From Porticoccaceae bacterium UBA4026 (GTDB lineage Bacteria > Pseudomonadota > Gammaproteobacteria > Pseudomonadales > Porticoccaceae): a DNA stretch of 64,000 nucleotides. The stretch is from the NCBI GenBank assembly GCA_002382445.1, contig DGAQ01000052.1:74253-138252 (forward strand). The letters are read 5' to 3'. The notes below the pieces were generated by a model, which worked only from the letters and a program-made list of their open reading frames with translations, ran no database searches and was not told the DNA's origin. Both the position numbers and the translations under genes were made by a program. The number at the start of each line of letters is the position of its first letter. Position 1 is the stretch's first letter. This document shows positions 29,775 through 39,690 of the stretch, in pieces.

Positions 29775-31079
29775 CTATATAGCTTTGTAAAAGACTCCAG
29801 CGTTACGCTGGTAATTATACATTGATTGCTTGTTCGCTGGCAGGTCTGTTACCTCAGCTCTAACAAAACCTTTTTCCAAAAACCAATGGGCTGCCTGAGT
29901 AGTCATTACACATAAACTGGACCTGCGCTGCAGTCGGGCCTGGAATTCAATCTGATCAAATAGTCTCGATCCAATACCTTGGCCATTAAAATCTGTGTGT
30001 GTTGCGACGCAGGCAACCTCTCCTATCTGCTTGTCTGCAGTGGGGTAAAGGGCAGCACAGCCGACAATAAAGCCTTCAGGGTGAACGACAACGGTAAAAC
30101 GGGCTATCTCTGCTTCTAGAAGCTCACGAGATCGTTTAACCAGAACTGATTGATCTTCAAGGGGTGTAATTAGCTCCAATATACCGCCAACATCTTCAAT
30201 TGTGGCCGCTCTAATTATCTCTCCATAATCTTTGCTAATTAGAGTGCCGCTACCATCCCGGGTAAGTAGCTCTGACAGCAAGGCTCCGTCTTGTTGGTAG
30301 CTGACTAAATGAACACGTTCGACACCAAGCTGGCAGGCGTGGGCTGCCGCGCCTAAGAGTGATATTTGTTGGACATCTTTGCTAGTTTCAAGTAACTCGG
30401 CAAGCTGCGGTAGTGAAAGCGTGCGCAATAGACTTCCTTTATTCATTACACCTGGAGAGTCACTGACTAGAATTAACTTCTCTGCCTTTAATGTAATAGC
30501 TACTTGAGCCGCTAAGTCCTCATAATTTAAGTTAAAGGACTCCCCAGTGGCAGAAAATCCGATTGGGGATATTAGCACGATGGAGTTGTCGTCTAGTTGG
30601 CGTTTGATTGCCTGACTGTCGATTCGCCGAACCTCTCCGGTACGTTGAAAATCGACTCCATCGCGAACACCTAAAGGTTTCGCTGTGACAAAATTTCCTC
30701 CGATCACTCGAATACGAGCTCCGTGCATTGGCGAGTTAGGCAGCCCCATAGACAGCTGAGACTCGATCGCCAGTCGAGTACTGCCCACCGCCTCCTTAAT
30801 ACAGAGCATTGCCTCACTGCCAGTAATACGCAAGTGCTGCTCAAAGCTTGTTTCGATACCTGAGAGAGCAAGACGCTTATTGATCTGAGGTCTAGCGCCA
30901 TGGACTACAACGGTCCGCATTCCGAGACTTTGTAAAAGCGCAATATCATGCACCATACTATGGAAGTTGGATTGCAGAACAGCGTCCCCAGATATGGCGA
31001 TAACGAAGGTCTTGCCTCTATGAGCGTGAATATAGGGCGAAGCCTGTCTTAAGAGCTTTACATAGTTTTTATCTTTCAT
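29775..31079 (-). CDS. argA: amino-acid N-acetyltransferase (N-acetylglutamate synthase)
   Basis: Kinase-like N-domain (YIHAHRGKTFVIAISGDA, VVVHGARPQI) plus a C-terminal GNAT domain (NGQGIGSRLF). It aligns with E. coli ArgA from MKDKNYV, so I prefer the ATG at complement 31077-31079. The track start at 31115 is an alternative. Confidence 0.9.
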   Translation of the reverse strand: MKDKNYVKLLRQASPYIHAHRGKTFVIAISGDAVLQSNFHSMVHDIALLQSLGMRTVVVHGARPQINKRLALSGIETSFEQHLRITGSEAMLCIKEAVGSTRLAIESQLSMGLPNSPMHGARIRVIGGNFVTAKPLGVRDGVDFQRTGEVRRIDSQAIKRQLDDNSIVLISPIGFSATGESFNLNYEDLAAQVAITLKAEKLILVSDSPGVMNKGSLLRTLSLPQLAELLETSKDVQQISLLGAAAHACQLGVERVHLVSYQQDGALLSELLTRDGSGTLISKDYGEIIRAATIEDVGGILELITPLEDQSVLVKRSRELLEAEIARFTVVVHPEGFIVGCAALYPTADKQIGEVACVATHTDFNGQGIGSRLFDQIEFQARLQRRSSLCVMTTQAAHWFLEKGFVRAEVTDLPANKQSMYNYQRNAGVFYKAI

Positions 31080-31550
31080 GGCGGGATTATAAGCAACAGC
31101 GGCCAATAAGTTCATATAAATGAGCAGTTGTGGGTAAAATAAACGCTCTTTTTAGTCCTTTGCTCCTTTAATGATTGATTTCAAACTCATTTTTTACCTT
31201 CATCCTGAGAACCATTAAAAGCATGAGGTTAAAGTAGTCAGCAATAAAAAGCTTTTAGCACTCTAAAAATAACAATGTTTACAGCTATAGGCTAAGCGGA
31301 GGTGCTATCGTTAATAGTCAATCTATGGTTCAATTCGCATCTTAAACAATCAGCCACTATCGTTCTATGTTAGTGAGTGGCAGTGGTATCAATACGGCAA
31401 TAAAATGCATGCCACTTTATGGGCTGATAAATCACTCCATATTTTTCGAGTTATTCGAGGGTAGATCCGTAATCGGCGTCATGATTTGATGGTCGATTAT
31501 AGAGTCGGATATTTCATTTTTAGTGAAGGTTAATGAACAAGAGGGCAAGG

Positions 31551-32483
31551 ATGATGTCGTTCGCAGACCGCGATGGTTTTATTTGGATGGATGGTAAATT
31601 AGTCGATTGGCGCGATGCGAAAACGCACTTTCTAACGTCTTCGTTGCACTACGGTAATGCGGTTTTTGAAGGCATAAGGGCCTATCAAACCGAGAGTGCT
31701 GGCACCTGTATATTTAGGCTTGAAGATCATATTAAGCGCTTATTCAATTCTGCAAAAATCATACATATGACCATTCCTTACAGCCAAGAGGAAGTCCGTG
31801 AGGCGCATCGTGAGGTGGTTCGCTCCAATAATCTGGATGCAGCTTACATTCGGCCACTGGTGTTTTTAGGTTCTGAGGGAATGGGACTTCGGGCTAAAGG
31901 CCTAGAAGTACACCTGGGAATTGCTGCTTGGGATTGGCCGTCTTATATGCCGCCAGAGACCTTAGCCTCCGGCCTTAAAGTGCGCACTTCCTCCTATACC
32001 CGCCACCATGTCAACATCACCATGGTTAAAGCCAAGGCAAGCGGCAATTATTTGAACTCAATGTTGGCCTTGCGCGAAGCACTAGATTCTGGATGTGATG
32101 AAGCGATTATGCTCGACCCAGAGGGTTATGTTTCTGAAGGTAGTGCAGAGAATTTCTTTATGGTGCGCGACGGGGTGATTTATACACCAGACTTAACCTC
32201 ATGCCTCGACGGCATTACGAGAGACACTGTATTTAAGTTAGCTGCTGACAAAGGTATAGAAGTTCGCGAAAAACGTATTTCTCGGGATGAGGTGTATATT
32301 GCGGACGAAGCCTTTTTCACTGGCACAGCGGCAGAGATCGTCCCTATTAGGGAGTATGACAGTCGCATCATTGGCGACGGCAGGCGTGGCCCAGTGGCGG
32401 CAACACTCCAGAGTGCCTATGCGGAGCTTGTGCAGGGTGAAAACCCTAAGTACAGTCATTGGTTGGCGCCGGTTACTGAATAA
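31551..32483 (+). CDS. ilvE: branched-chain amino acid aminotransferase (class IV)
   Basis: FIWMDGKLVDWRDAK..HYGNAVFEGIRAY and KAKASGNYLNSMLA (PLP lysine region) align with E. coli IlvE. The ATG at 31551 is preceded by GAGGG with a 5-nt spacer. The track start at 31533 is an alternative. Confidence 0.9.
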   Translation: MMSFADRDGFIWMDGKLVDWRDAKTHFLTSSLHYGNAVFEGIRAYQTESAGTCIFRLEDHIKRLFNSAKIIHMTIPYSQEEVREAHREVVRSNNLDAAYIRPLVFLGSEGMGLRAKGLEVHLGIAAWDWPSYMPPETLASGLKVRTSSYTRHHVNITMVKAKASGNYLNSMLALREALDSGCDEAIMLDPEGYVSEGSAENFFMVRDGVIYTPDLTSCLDGITRDTVFKLAADKGIEVREKRISRDEVYIADEAFFTGTAAEIVPIREYDSRIIGDGRRGPVAATLQSAYAELVQGENPKYSHWLAPVTE

Positions 32484-32527
32484 GTGCCCTTTGCTAATAA
32501 TTATCAGATCGAACTGGAATTAATGCG

Positions 32528-33262
32528 ATGACAGCAGCAAGCGAAGTAGTCAATGTTCTGTGCATGAAGTGGGGTACTAAGTATTCCGCCGATTATGTGA
32601 ATACACTCTATTCGATGGTTTCACGTAATATGAGCAGAGAATTTCGCTTTGTCTGCTTGACCGAAGATGGGGTCGGCCTGCATGGAAATATTGAAGTTTT
32701 CCCTCTACCTGAGCTATCAGTAGATTTAGGGGGTCCAGAGCGCGGATGGAATAAGCTGGCTGTCTTTGCTGAAACTCTCTATGACCTCAAGGGTAAGGTA
32801 CTCTGCCTCGATTTAGACATAATAATCACTGGTAGTCTGGATGATCTTTTTGATTATCCAGGAGAAGTAATGATTATTAAAGACTGGATTAAGAAGGATG
32901 GTACTGGAAATTCTTCGGTCTATCGTTTTGAGGTGGGCGCTCATCCTGAGGTGTTGGCTGAATTTGAGCGGTCATTTGGTAAAATTAAAAAGACTCATCG
33001 TAACGAGCAGGAATATCTTTCTGCTGCGATGATGGCAAAGGGCGCGCTGGTGTATTGGCCAGATCATTGGTGCCGTAGTTTTAAGCGACACTGTATTAAG
33101 CCATTTTCGTTTTTTATCGCTCGTGAAACAGAAATGCCAGCCGATACTCGTGTTTTGGTTTTTCATGGAAAACCTGACCCCCATGAGGCGATTTCTGGCG
33201 TTAGCGGCAAGTGGTATCGACGATTTAAACCGGCGGCTTGGGTGCAGAGCCACTGGCGTTAA
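32528..33262 (+). CDS. putative GT-A-fold glycosyltransferase (nucleotide-diphospho-sugar transferase-like)
   Basis: 244 aa and soluble. N-terminal VNVLCMKWGTKYSADYVN followed by a DxD-type motif in VLCLDLDIIITGSLDDLF. The family assignment is by pattern only. Confidence 0.5.
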   Translation: MTAASEVVNVLCMKWGTKYSADYVNTLYSMVSRNMSREFRFVCLTEDGVGLHGNIEVFPLPELSVDLGGPERGWNKLAVFAETLYDLKGKVLCLDLDIIITGSLDDLFDYPGEVMIIKDWIKKDGTGNSSVYRFEVGAHPEVLAEFERSFGKIKKTHRNEQEYLSAAMMAKGALVYWPDHWCRSFKRHCIKPFSFFIARETEMPADTRVLVFHGKPDPHEAISGVSGKWYRRFKPAAWVQSHWR

Positions 33263-33378
33263 AATCCTTGATGCCCAGCACATAAGTTGGACTAAAATCG
33301 GCATAATCTCGTACCTTAGTCGCCTTATTGTTTAGCGAAATCCTTACCAAATAAGTATTAGTATCTCCTCGTAGGAGC

Positions 33379-35415
33379 TCAGTCCATAGGCTCATTGGTG
33401 AGTTGAAATCGGGTTAGCCAGTCTATCGTTTGACTATAAACTTCGCTGCTATCTGGTGGGCTTTCGGCGTTAATAACCTTTGGTCCTAGCATAAATTCAG
33501 GCGTAACCTCTCGGCCTTGCCCGCTCTTCGAATAGGCAGTTTCACCGACCACTAAATACTCGGCATGATAGGCAAAGGTATGATATTTGTCGTTTTCGTT
33601 TGGCACCAGTAAATTGCGTCCAAGATTAGGGTAATGGGCATTAGAGAGAGCAGCGTTGTATAGGGTTGGCATAAGATCCTTGTGAGAGGCTATCTGACTT
33701 AGATCAGGGTCTACATCGGGCCTGTAATCTTGAGGAAGATATAAATAGAAAGGTACGCTCAGTTCATGTAAGCGCTCTGCTGGGTCATAGCTCATGCCAC
33801 GAATAGCGTGATCTCCAGTTGCCGCGACAATAGTATTACTTTTAAGCCGGCTATTTTTTACCTCTGATATAAACTGCCCTAGCTGATCGTTAGTGTACTG
33901 GAATGTATCTAGTGATTCTCTAGGCAGGTCTTGGAGCCTTGATACTAAGCTATCAACTGGCGGAGATAAGGTTAAGTTATGATGTTTGGGTAATTGGTAG
34001 GGTGGATGATTAGTGACGGTTAATGTGACGATAAAGAGAGGTTTATCCTCTGCATTCTTAGCCAATAACTGCTTAATAACCTCTTTAAATACAAATTTAT
34101 CTTCCCCACCCCAGACGCTTGATTCCATTGCGGGGTAAAGTTCTCGCAGTTGGTGAGCGCCAACAAACTGGTCGAAACCTTGAGTCTTTAAGTAGTCGCT
34201 ACGATTTGATAGTCCTTCGAATCCCGAATAGACAAAAACTGTTCTGTAGCCTGCCTTTTTAAACACAGTAGCCACAGAAGTTTGCAGAGGAGTGTGTTGA
34301 TGGCTTGAGTAACTAATAGCGCTGTACTCAGTATTAACCAGCAGACTCATTAGTGATTTTTGAGTGTCATCATGTGCGGGTAAAAATCGGGTGAAATAAT
34401 AATCTTCTTCTAAGTGTTGACGCATCTGGCCAGCAAGATCAGCGCCTTGGTTAAACGCAGGCAGCAATAAAGCATTAGCCATACTTTCTATGAGATTAAC
34501 CACCACATTTGGCGGATTCTCCTCTAAAAAGATAGACCTAGGTGTCCGGGTAAAAAACTGTGGGAAAAGAGCTTGGTCTGAGGGAGCTTCACCATAAAAA
34601 GTTGCAAACAGTTGGCGACCTTCAGAATCCAGAGCGGGAGTAATTATATTTGATAGCTGAAATTCCTTGTAGCCGTAGTAGAGAGCAACAATACCGTTAG
34701 GCACTATGTTATTTACGGCCGTTTCAGATGACACAACAAGGTGTCTTTGAGACAGAGGGAAGGTCGATACTGTGCCTCGGCCGAGCAGCATTAGAAGTAT
34801 TAACGGCAGCAGTATCGCCAGTGTGAAGAAGTGTATTTTCCTGATTTCCACAAAGCTTATAAATTCAATTATTTTCTCACCGACTTTTTGGTAGCTCCAA
34901 AGTATTAAAGCGCTCAGAGAGAGCCCGATCAGAAAACGCAAGCCAAAGGGATCCATGCTTATCACCGTAGGCCAAATTGCAGCTGCGCCATAGTTTAGAC
35001 CATTGTAAGCAAAGCTATCGATAGGTCGATTAAAAAAACCGATGTAGCTAAAATTGATCATAGACCCAAAGACCGCTATCAACAAAATTGAACCGCCTAA
35101 ATAACGATTTAGCAACCATGCAAGATGGGAAGCTAGAGCAGGCAGAGGGATGCAAAAAATACTCAATAATAATCCTAAAAAATTGACCCGTATAAGGACA
35201 GCCAGATCAAAACGAAACCCAGTCAAGAGGGCTCGCCACAAATCATTATTATTGGCGATACCTTCAGGCCGAGGGTAAGCTGCCCAGGTGGCTAACCGCG
35301 CGGCTAAAAAGAGAACGGCACAGATTATAACTAGGCTAGAGAAAGACGCTAAGACTCTTAGGTAGACAGCTGAATTTGATGTGGCGCTGAGATTGTTGGG
35401 GTTTACCTGTATCAT
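33379..35415 (-). CDS. LTA-synthase/sulfatase-family membrane enzyme (phosphoglycerol or phosphoethanolamine transferase-like)
   Basis: Multi-TM N-terminal region, then an alkaline-phosphatase-superfamily domain: NVVVNLIESMAN (metal-binding Glu), HDDTQKSL (candidate Thr nucleophile) and AATGDHA (Asp-His). Trimmed to the ATG at complement 35413-35415. The track uses a TTG at 35451. Confidence 0.75.
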   Translation of the reverse strand: MIQVNPNNLSATSNSAVYLRVLASFSSLVIICAVLFLAARLATWAAYPRPEGIANNNDLWRALLTGFRFDLAVLIRVNFLGLLLSIFCIPLPALASHLAWLLNRYLGGSILLIAVFGSMINFSYIGFFNRPIDSFAYNGLNYGAAAIWPTVISMDPFGLRFLIGLSLSALILWSYQKVGEKIIEFISFVEIRKIHFFTLAILLPLILLMLLGRGTVSTFPLSQRHLVVSSETAVNNIVPNGIVALYYGYKEFQLSNIITPALDSEGRQLFATFYGEAPSDQALFPQFFTRTPRSIFLEENPPNVVVNLIESMANALLLPAFNQGADLAGQMRQHLEEDYYFTRFLPAHDDTQKSLMSLLVNTEYSAISYSSHQHTPLQTSVATVFKKAGYRTVFVYSGFEGLSNRSDYLKTQGFDQFVGAHQLRELYPAMESSVWGGEDKFVFKEVIKQLLAKNAEDKPLFIVTLTVTNHPPYQLPKHHNLTLSPPVDSLVSRLQDLPRESLDTFQYTNDQLGQFISEVKNSRLKSNTIVAATGDHAIRGMSYDPAERLHELSVPFYLYLPQDYRPDVDPDLSQIASHKDLMPTLYNAALSNAHYPNLGRNLLVPNENDKYHTFAYHAEYLVVGETAYSKSGQGREVTPEFMLGPKVINAESPPDSSEVYSQTIDWLTRFQLTNEPMD

Positions 35416-35643
35416 AAAATAGTCTTGGACCTGCTGGGTGATGATGAGCAAACCACAATTAAGGTGATAAATAAATATTTTATCATGAAATCAAACCTAT
35501 TGATTTTTTCGGCCGCAGAGTCCCTTATAAACATCCCTAATTCTCTATAGGATATCATTCGTTGTCGCCGAAAAATTCTGCTATGTTGCGGTAGTAATTT
35601 TAAAAGTAATAGTTTCCATTATTAAAGGTGGTTTAGATTCACT

Positions 35644-36912
35644 ATGCCTAGATTTTTATATTCAGCACTTTTTTACTGTTTACTGCCGGTCATATGCCTG
35701 CGGTTGATGTGGCGTGCGGTTAGATCGCCAAACTATGCCAAACGCTGGGGGGAACGATTTGGGTTTGTGGGTCATTCAGATTCGGACAAAGAAATTATTT
35801 GGTTGCATGCGGTCTCGGTGGGTGAAACCCTAGCAGCAGTGACATTGGTTAAAGCCCTCCAAGAAAAATACCCCGCTCATCGGCTGATGGTGACCTGTAT
35901 GACGCCAACCGGATCAGAGCGTATTTTGGCAGCTTTTGGCGGTTCTGTGGAGCATAGTTATGCGCCTTATGATATGCCAGATGCGGTAGCTAGATTTTTA
36001 GCCAGGGTACGACCAAAATTGTTAATTATTATGGAAACTGAACTGTGGCCAAATACTATTGCGGCCTGCACTAAGCGTAATATCCCAGTTATTCTGGTAA
36101 ATGGACGATTATCTGACAAATCGGCCCGGGCTTATCAGCGCATTAATTGCTTGGTCCGACCAATGTTGAACGGGCTCCATACTGTGGCGGCAAAGCATAA
36201 AGACGATGCCCAACGCTTTCAGAGCCTCGGATTGTCAGAGACGGCGGTAATGGTGACGGGGAATATTAAGTTTGATTTAAACATAGATCCGGCATTAAAG
36301 GCCGCGGTGGAGCGACTATCTAAAGACTGGCGTGGGACTACCCAGAGAAGAGTTTTTTTAGCGGCTAGTACACATAAAGGTGAAGACGAAATAATCTTGG
36401 CGGCCTTTGCTAAAATAAAGACACAACTAGATTCTGTACTACTAGTCCTAGTTCCGCGCCACCCAGAACGCTTTAATCAGGTTGCTGAACTATGTCATTC
36501 AGCAGGCTTTAGCCTGGTGAGACGAAGCGCGAATACGTCGGTAGGTACTGCTGACATCTTGCTTGGCGATAGCATGGGTGAGTTAATGACTTTCTTTGGT
36601 GCCTGCGATTTAGCTTTTGTTGGTGGAAGTTTAGTGCCAACCGGTGGGCATAACATGATTGAGGCCGCAGCTTGGGGAACCCCAGTATTAACGGGACCGC
36701 ACCTGTTTAATTTTAGCGAGGTAGCTCAATTACTAATCGAGGCTGGAGGTATGAAAGTCTGTCAGGATTTCGATGATCTGGCCGACCAATGTACCCTCTT
36801 ACTGCAAGACGAGCCGCAAAGAACTGAGATGGGCGATGCAGCGCGCCGCGTGGCCGAAGCTAATCGTGGCGCCCTTGATAGGTTACTTGCAGTAATTACT
36901 CAAATTATTTAG
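35644..36912 (+). CDS. waaA: 3-deoxy-D-manno-octulosonic acid (Kdo) transferase
   Basis: 422 aa. N-terminal anchor, WLHAVSVGE motif, ETELWPN and a GT-B C-half (GGSLVPTGGHNMIEAAA). Confidence 0.92.
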   Translation: MPRFLYSALFYCLLPVICLRLMWRAVRSPNYAKRWGERFGFVGHSDSDKEIIWLHAVSVGETLAAVTLVKALQEKYPAHRLMVTCMTPTGSERILAAFGGSVEHSYAPYDMPDAVARFLARVRPKLLIIMETELWPNTIAACTKRNIPVILVNGRLSDKSARAYQRINCLVRPMLNGLHTVAAKHKDDAQRFQSLGLSETAVMVTGNIKFDLNIDPALKAAVERLSKDWRGTTQRRVFLAASTHKGEDEIILAAFAKIKTQLDSVLLVLVPRHPERFNQVAELCHSAGFSLVRRSANTSVGTADILLGDSMGELMTFFGACDLAFVGGSLVPTGGHNMIEAAAWGTPVLTGPHLFNFSEVAQLLIEAGGMKVCQDFDDLADQCTLLLQDEPQRTEMGDAARRVAEANRGALDRLLAVITQII

Positions 36913-38302
36913 TCACCGCTAAACTTGGATCTAACCAGGCATTGAGCTGATAAATATCATCTGGAGACAACTGCCCCGCGACTTCTTTTAAGTTCATCAT
37001 GGCGAAAATATAGTCATATCGTGCATTGGCATAGTTACGCTTGGCTTGGAATACGGAGCGCTGAGCGGCGAGCACATCAACAATGTTGCGAGTACCCACT
37101 TCGTATCCAGCCTGGGTGGCTCCCAGCGCACTGTCTGCTGAGGTAATGGCTTGCTTACGTGCTTTAACACGCGCCGCATTGGTAATGACGAGCTGATGCC
37201 GGCTGCGGGCGGTTTGCACAGTATTGCGCTTTGCCACTTCGAAGTTTTCGCTCGAGGCAATTGCACGTTGTTTCGCCTGCCTTCTGCCGGCACTGATGCC
37301 GCTAGCCCAGATTGGCATACTCATCGAAATACCAAAACTATGTCCATCACTCAAGGATGAGATTTCAGAACTACTTTCTGAAGGGAGATAGCTAAATTGA
37401 GTTCCATCTTGATCTGAGTCTGAATAACGAGCATTAGCAGTAATCTTTGGGAACAGTTGTGCCGTAGCCGCCTTGGCCTCGTTATAAGAGGCATCTTTAC
37501 CCAGTTCTGAAACTTTCAATTGATAATTATTATTGAGTGAAAAGCTCACCCAATCCTGACTATCAAGAGGCTCCGGATTAATCGCCATAAAATCATCTTT
37601 CAAACCTGATAGAACAAGGTGATTTTCCCCGGTGAGCACTTGTAACGCGTCAAAGGCGATATTCACCGCACCACGTGCTTCAAGGCTGTTGACCAAGGCA
37701 TCATCAAATACAGCTTGGGCTTCATGCACATCTGTCACGGGCAGCAGACCCACTTCAAAACGCTCTCTGGTTTGCTCGAGCTGTCGTTGAATAGCCCGCT
37801 GTTCCGCCTTGCGGGTCTCATTGTTGTCATAGGCACGCAGTGCTCCTAGATAGGCGCTGCTGACCCTTAAGATTAACATCTGCTGCTCGGCGGCAAACTG
37901 CGCTGCCGCACTCTTACTGAGGGCCTTGCCACGCTGAAATTGATACCAGGCGGGCATGTCAAAGATGGCTTGCGTTAGTGAAACGCTGTAGCTCGTTGAG
38001 TTAGTATCTGAAAAGCTTTTACTGACAAAGGGATCAGCCGAAATAAATGAATAGATTTGAGATGATTCACTGTCTCTCTCAGCTTGGGTGAAGTCAGCAG
38101 ATGCTGAAATAACCGGCAACAGATAAGCGCGGCCAATATTTTTAGTTTCTCGGCCTACTTGGAAATTAGCTCTTGCAGCTCGCAAGGTGGGGTCGCTCTG
38201 CAGCGCTAACTCATAGATATCTTTTAAGGAATCCGCCGAACTGCCCTGCGCGACTAAGAGGATAGTACAAAGTGCTATAAATCCCTGTTTTACCTTCAAC
38301 AT
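36905..38302 (-). CDS. tolC: TolC-family outer membrane channel
   Basis: 465 aa. Signal peptide (ALCTILLVAQGSSA) and two OEP repeats (LKDIYELALQSDPTLRAA... and ...VDVLAAQRSVFQAKRNYANARYDYI). Divergent from nudF, as in E. coli. Confidence 0.88.
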   Translation of the reverse strand: MLKVKQGFIALCTILLVAQGSSADSLKDIYELALQSDPTLRAARANFQVGRETKNIGRAYLLPVISASADFTQAERDSESSQIYSFISADPFVSKSFSDTNSTSYSVSLTQAIFDMPAWYQFQRGKALSKSAAAQFAAEQQMLILRVSSAYLGALRAYDNNETRKAEQRAIQRQLEQTRERFEVGLLPVTDVHEAQAVFDDALVNSLEARGAVNIAFDALQVLTGENHLVLSGLKDDFMAINPEPLDSQDWVSFSLNNNYQLKVSELGKDASYNEAKAATAQLFPKITANARYSDSDQDGTQFSYLPSESSSEISSLSDGHSFGISMSMPIWASGISAGRRQAKQRAIASSENFEVAKRNTVQTARSRHQLVITNAARVKARKQAITSADSALGATQAGYEVGTRNIVDVLAAQRSVFQAKRNYANARYDYIFAMMNLKEVAGQLSPDDIYQLNAWLDPSLAVTK

Positions 38303-38562
38303 ACAAACTCCATGATAGATTTCAGTGTGGTCGCTTAAAGTGATCAGTTTAGCAGACTTGTCTTCGTTATAGTTATTAGCGATTTCCCTAGACTAAGACG
38401 TTATCACCGACAATTTTAGATTCAAAATGGTTACAAAAAAGCGGTTAAATAGGACTCAACGATTCTTCATACTGCTTGGTGAAGATATAATTCAATCGGT
38501 GGTCCCAAGGATTTTATTTTAAAGTACTATATGAACTCATTAATACGAATGAAGATCCCAGA

Positions 38563-39165
38563 ATGGCCAAAAAACATCATTTTTGTCGATCAGACTTTCT
38601 TCTTGAGTCTTCCGAAACGGTATTCCAAGGTTTTTTTAGGGTTGCAGCGCTGAAGATAAGTCATCGCCTATTTAATGGGGGGTGGAGCCCTCCGATAACA
38701 CGGGAATTGTTTCAGCGCGGCGAGGCGGTGGGGGTACTCTTATATGATCCAAAACACCAATTAGTTGGATTGGTGGAGCAATTTCGAGTTGGAGCCATTA
38801 ATGATGAGAATGGGCCTTGGCAATATGAGGTGGTAGCCGGAATGATCGAACCTGGGGAAACACCTGTTTCAGTCGCCCATCGAGAGCTACTTGAAGAGGC
38901 GGGACTAGCCGTCGATAAATTGGTGCCTATTTGTAATTATTTGGTGAGTGCTGGCGGCACCGATGAGAAAATGCACCTGTTTTGTGGATTGATCGATCTT
39001 AAAGGAAAGCAAGGAATTTTTGGTCTTGAAAGCGAAAACGAAGATATTTTGCTGCATGTCTGGCCTTACAATGAAACATTGCAAGCTCAAACCGAAGGGT
39101 TGCTAAATAGCGCCGCCGTGACGATCTCATTACTGTGGCTCCAGCAGCACCATAAAAATTTGTGA
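38563..39165 (+). CDS. nudF: ADP-ribose pyrophosphatase
   Basis: 200 aa. Collinear with E. coli NudF (YRGFF...HRLFNG...), Nudix box GMIEPGETPVSVAHRELLEEAGL, and C-terminal NSAAVTISLLWLQ. Confidence 0.88.
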   Translation: MAKKHHFCRSDFLLESSETVFQGFFRVAALKISHRLFNGGWSPPITRELFQRGEAVGVLLYDPKHQLVGLVEQFRVGAINDENGPWQYEVVAGMIEPGETPVSVAHRELLEEAGLAVDKLVPICNYLVSAGGTDEKMHLFCGLIDLKGKQGIFGLESENEDILLHVWPYNETLQAQTEGLLNSAAVTISLLWLQQHHKNL

Positions 39166-39244
39166 AATAGTCAGCAGATTAGAGGTTAAGATAAGGCTAT
39201 AGTTTAATATATCGTAGTTAAGAAGGATTAAAGGAAGGGAACAG

Positions 39245-39685
39245 GTGACAGATTTTGAAAACCGAAAACGACATCTCGATTTGACAGGATTGCATGAGGA
39301 GTGCGAGCGCAACTATCGACGGATACAGAAAATTGCCATAGATTCAAGGCAGGTTGGTTCTAAGGTGAAGCTTTATTATCAGGAGCGGTCAACAGCTGGA
39401 TTATCTATTGAGGTGATTGAGGTGGCAAAGTACACCACTACTTTGAATATTATTACCGAGCAGGCAGGACCGTACTGGATGCCTAAAATTGAGGTAAAGG
39501 CACATTTGTATCGAGATGCAAAAATGGTTGAGGTCATTGAGTGGTGTTCAGATCGAACGATTCCCTGGGCTCTAACTGAGACAGCGGGACTACAGGCTAG
39601 AGATGAAAAGTGGCAGTGGAACATTTTTTTAGGTGAGGTGTTATCTTATGGTTTGCATCACGGTGTTGTGGTTATGGAAGCCTAG
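39245..39685 (+). CDS. yqiB: DUF1249 protein (YqiB-like)
   Basis: 146 aa with a GTG start. CERNYRRIQKI, YTTTLNI and HLYRDAKMVEV parallel E. coli YqiB (CEMNFSQLRRL, YTTLVTI, RLYHDAMVAEV). The position between nudF and cpdA is conserved. Confidence 0.75.
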   Translation: MTDFENRKRHLDLTGLHEECERNYRRIQKIAIDSRQVGSKVKLYYQERSTAGLSIEVIEVAKYTTTLNIITEQAGPYWMPKIEVKAHLYRDAKMVEVIEWCSDRTIPWALTETAGLQARDEKWQWNIFLGEVLSYGLHHGVVVMEA

Positions 39686-39690
39686 CCTTG

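Noticed and set aside
31367-31489. 40-aa ORF (MLVSGSGINTAIKCMPLYGLINHSIFFELFEGRSVIGVMI) upstream of ilvE, considered as a branched-chain amino acid leader peptide.
   Set aside because: It has no SD, no run of consecutive Ile/Leu/Val codons, and no terminator/antiterminator hairpins followed by a T-run before ilvE.
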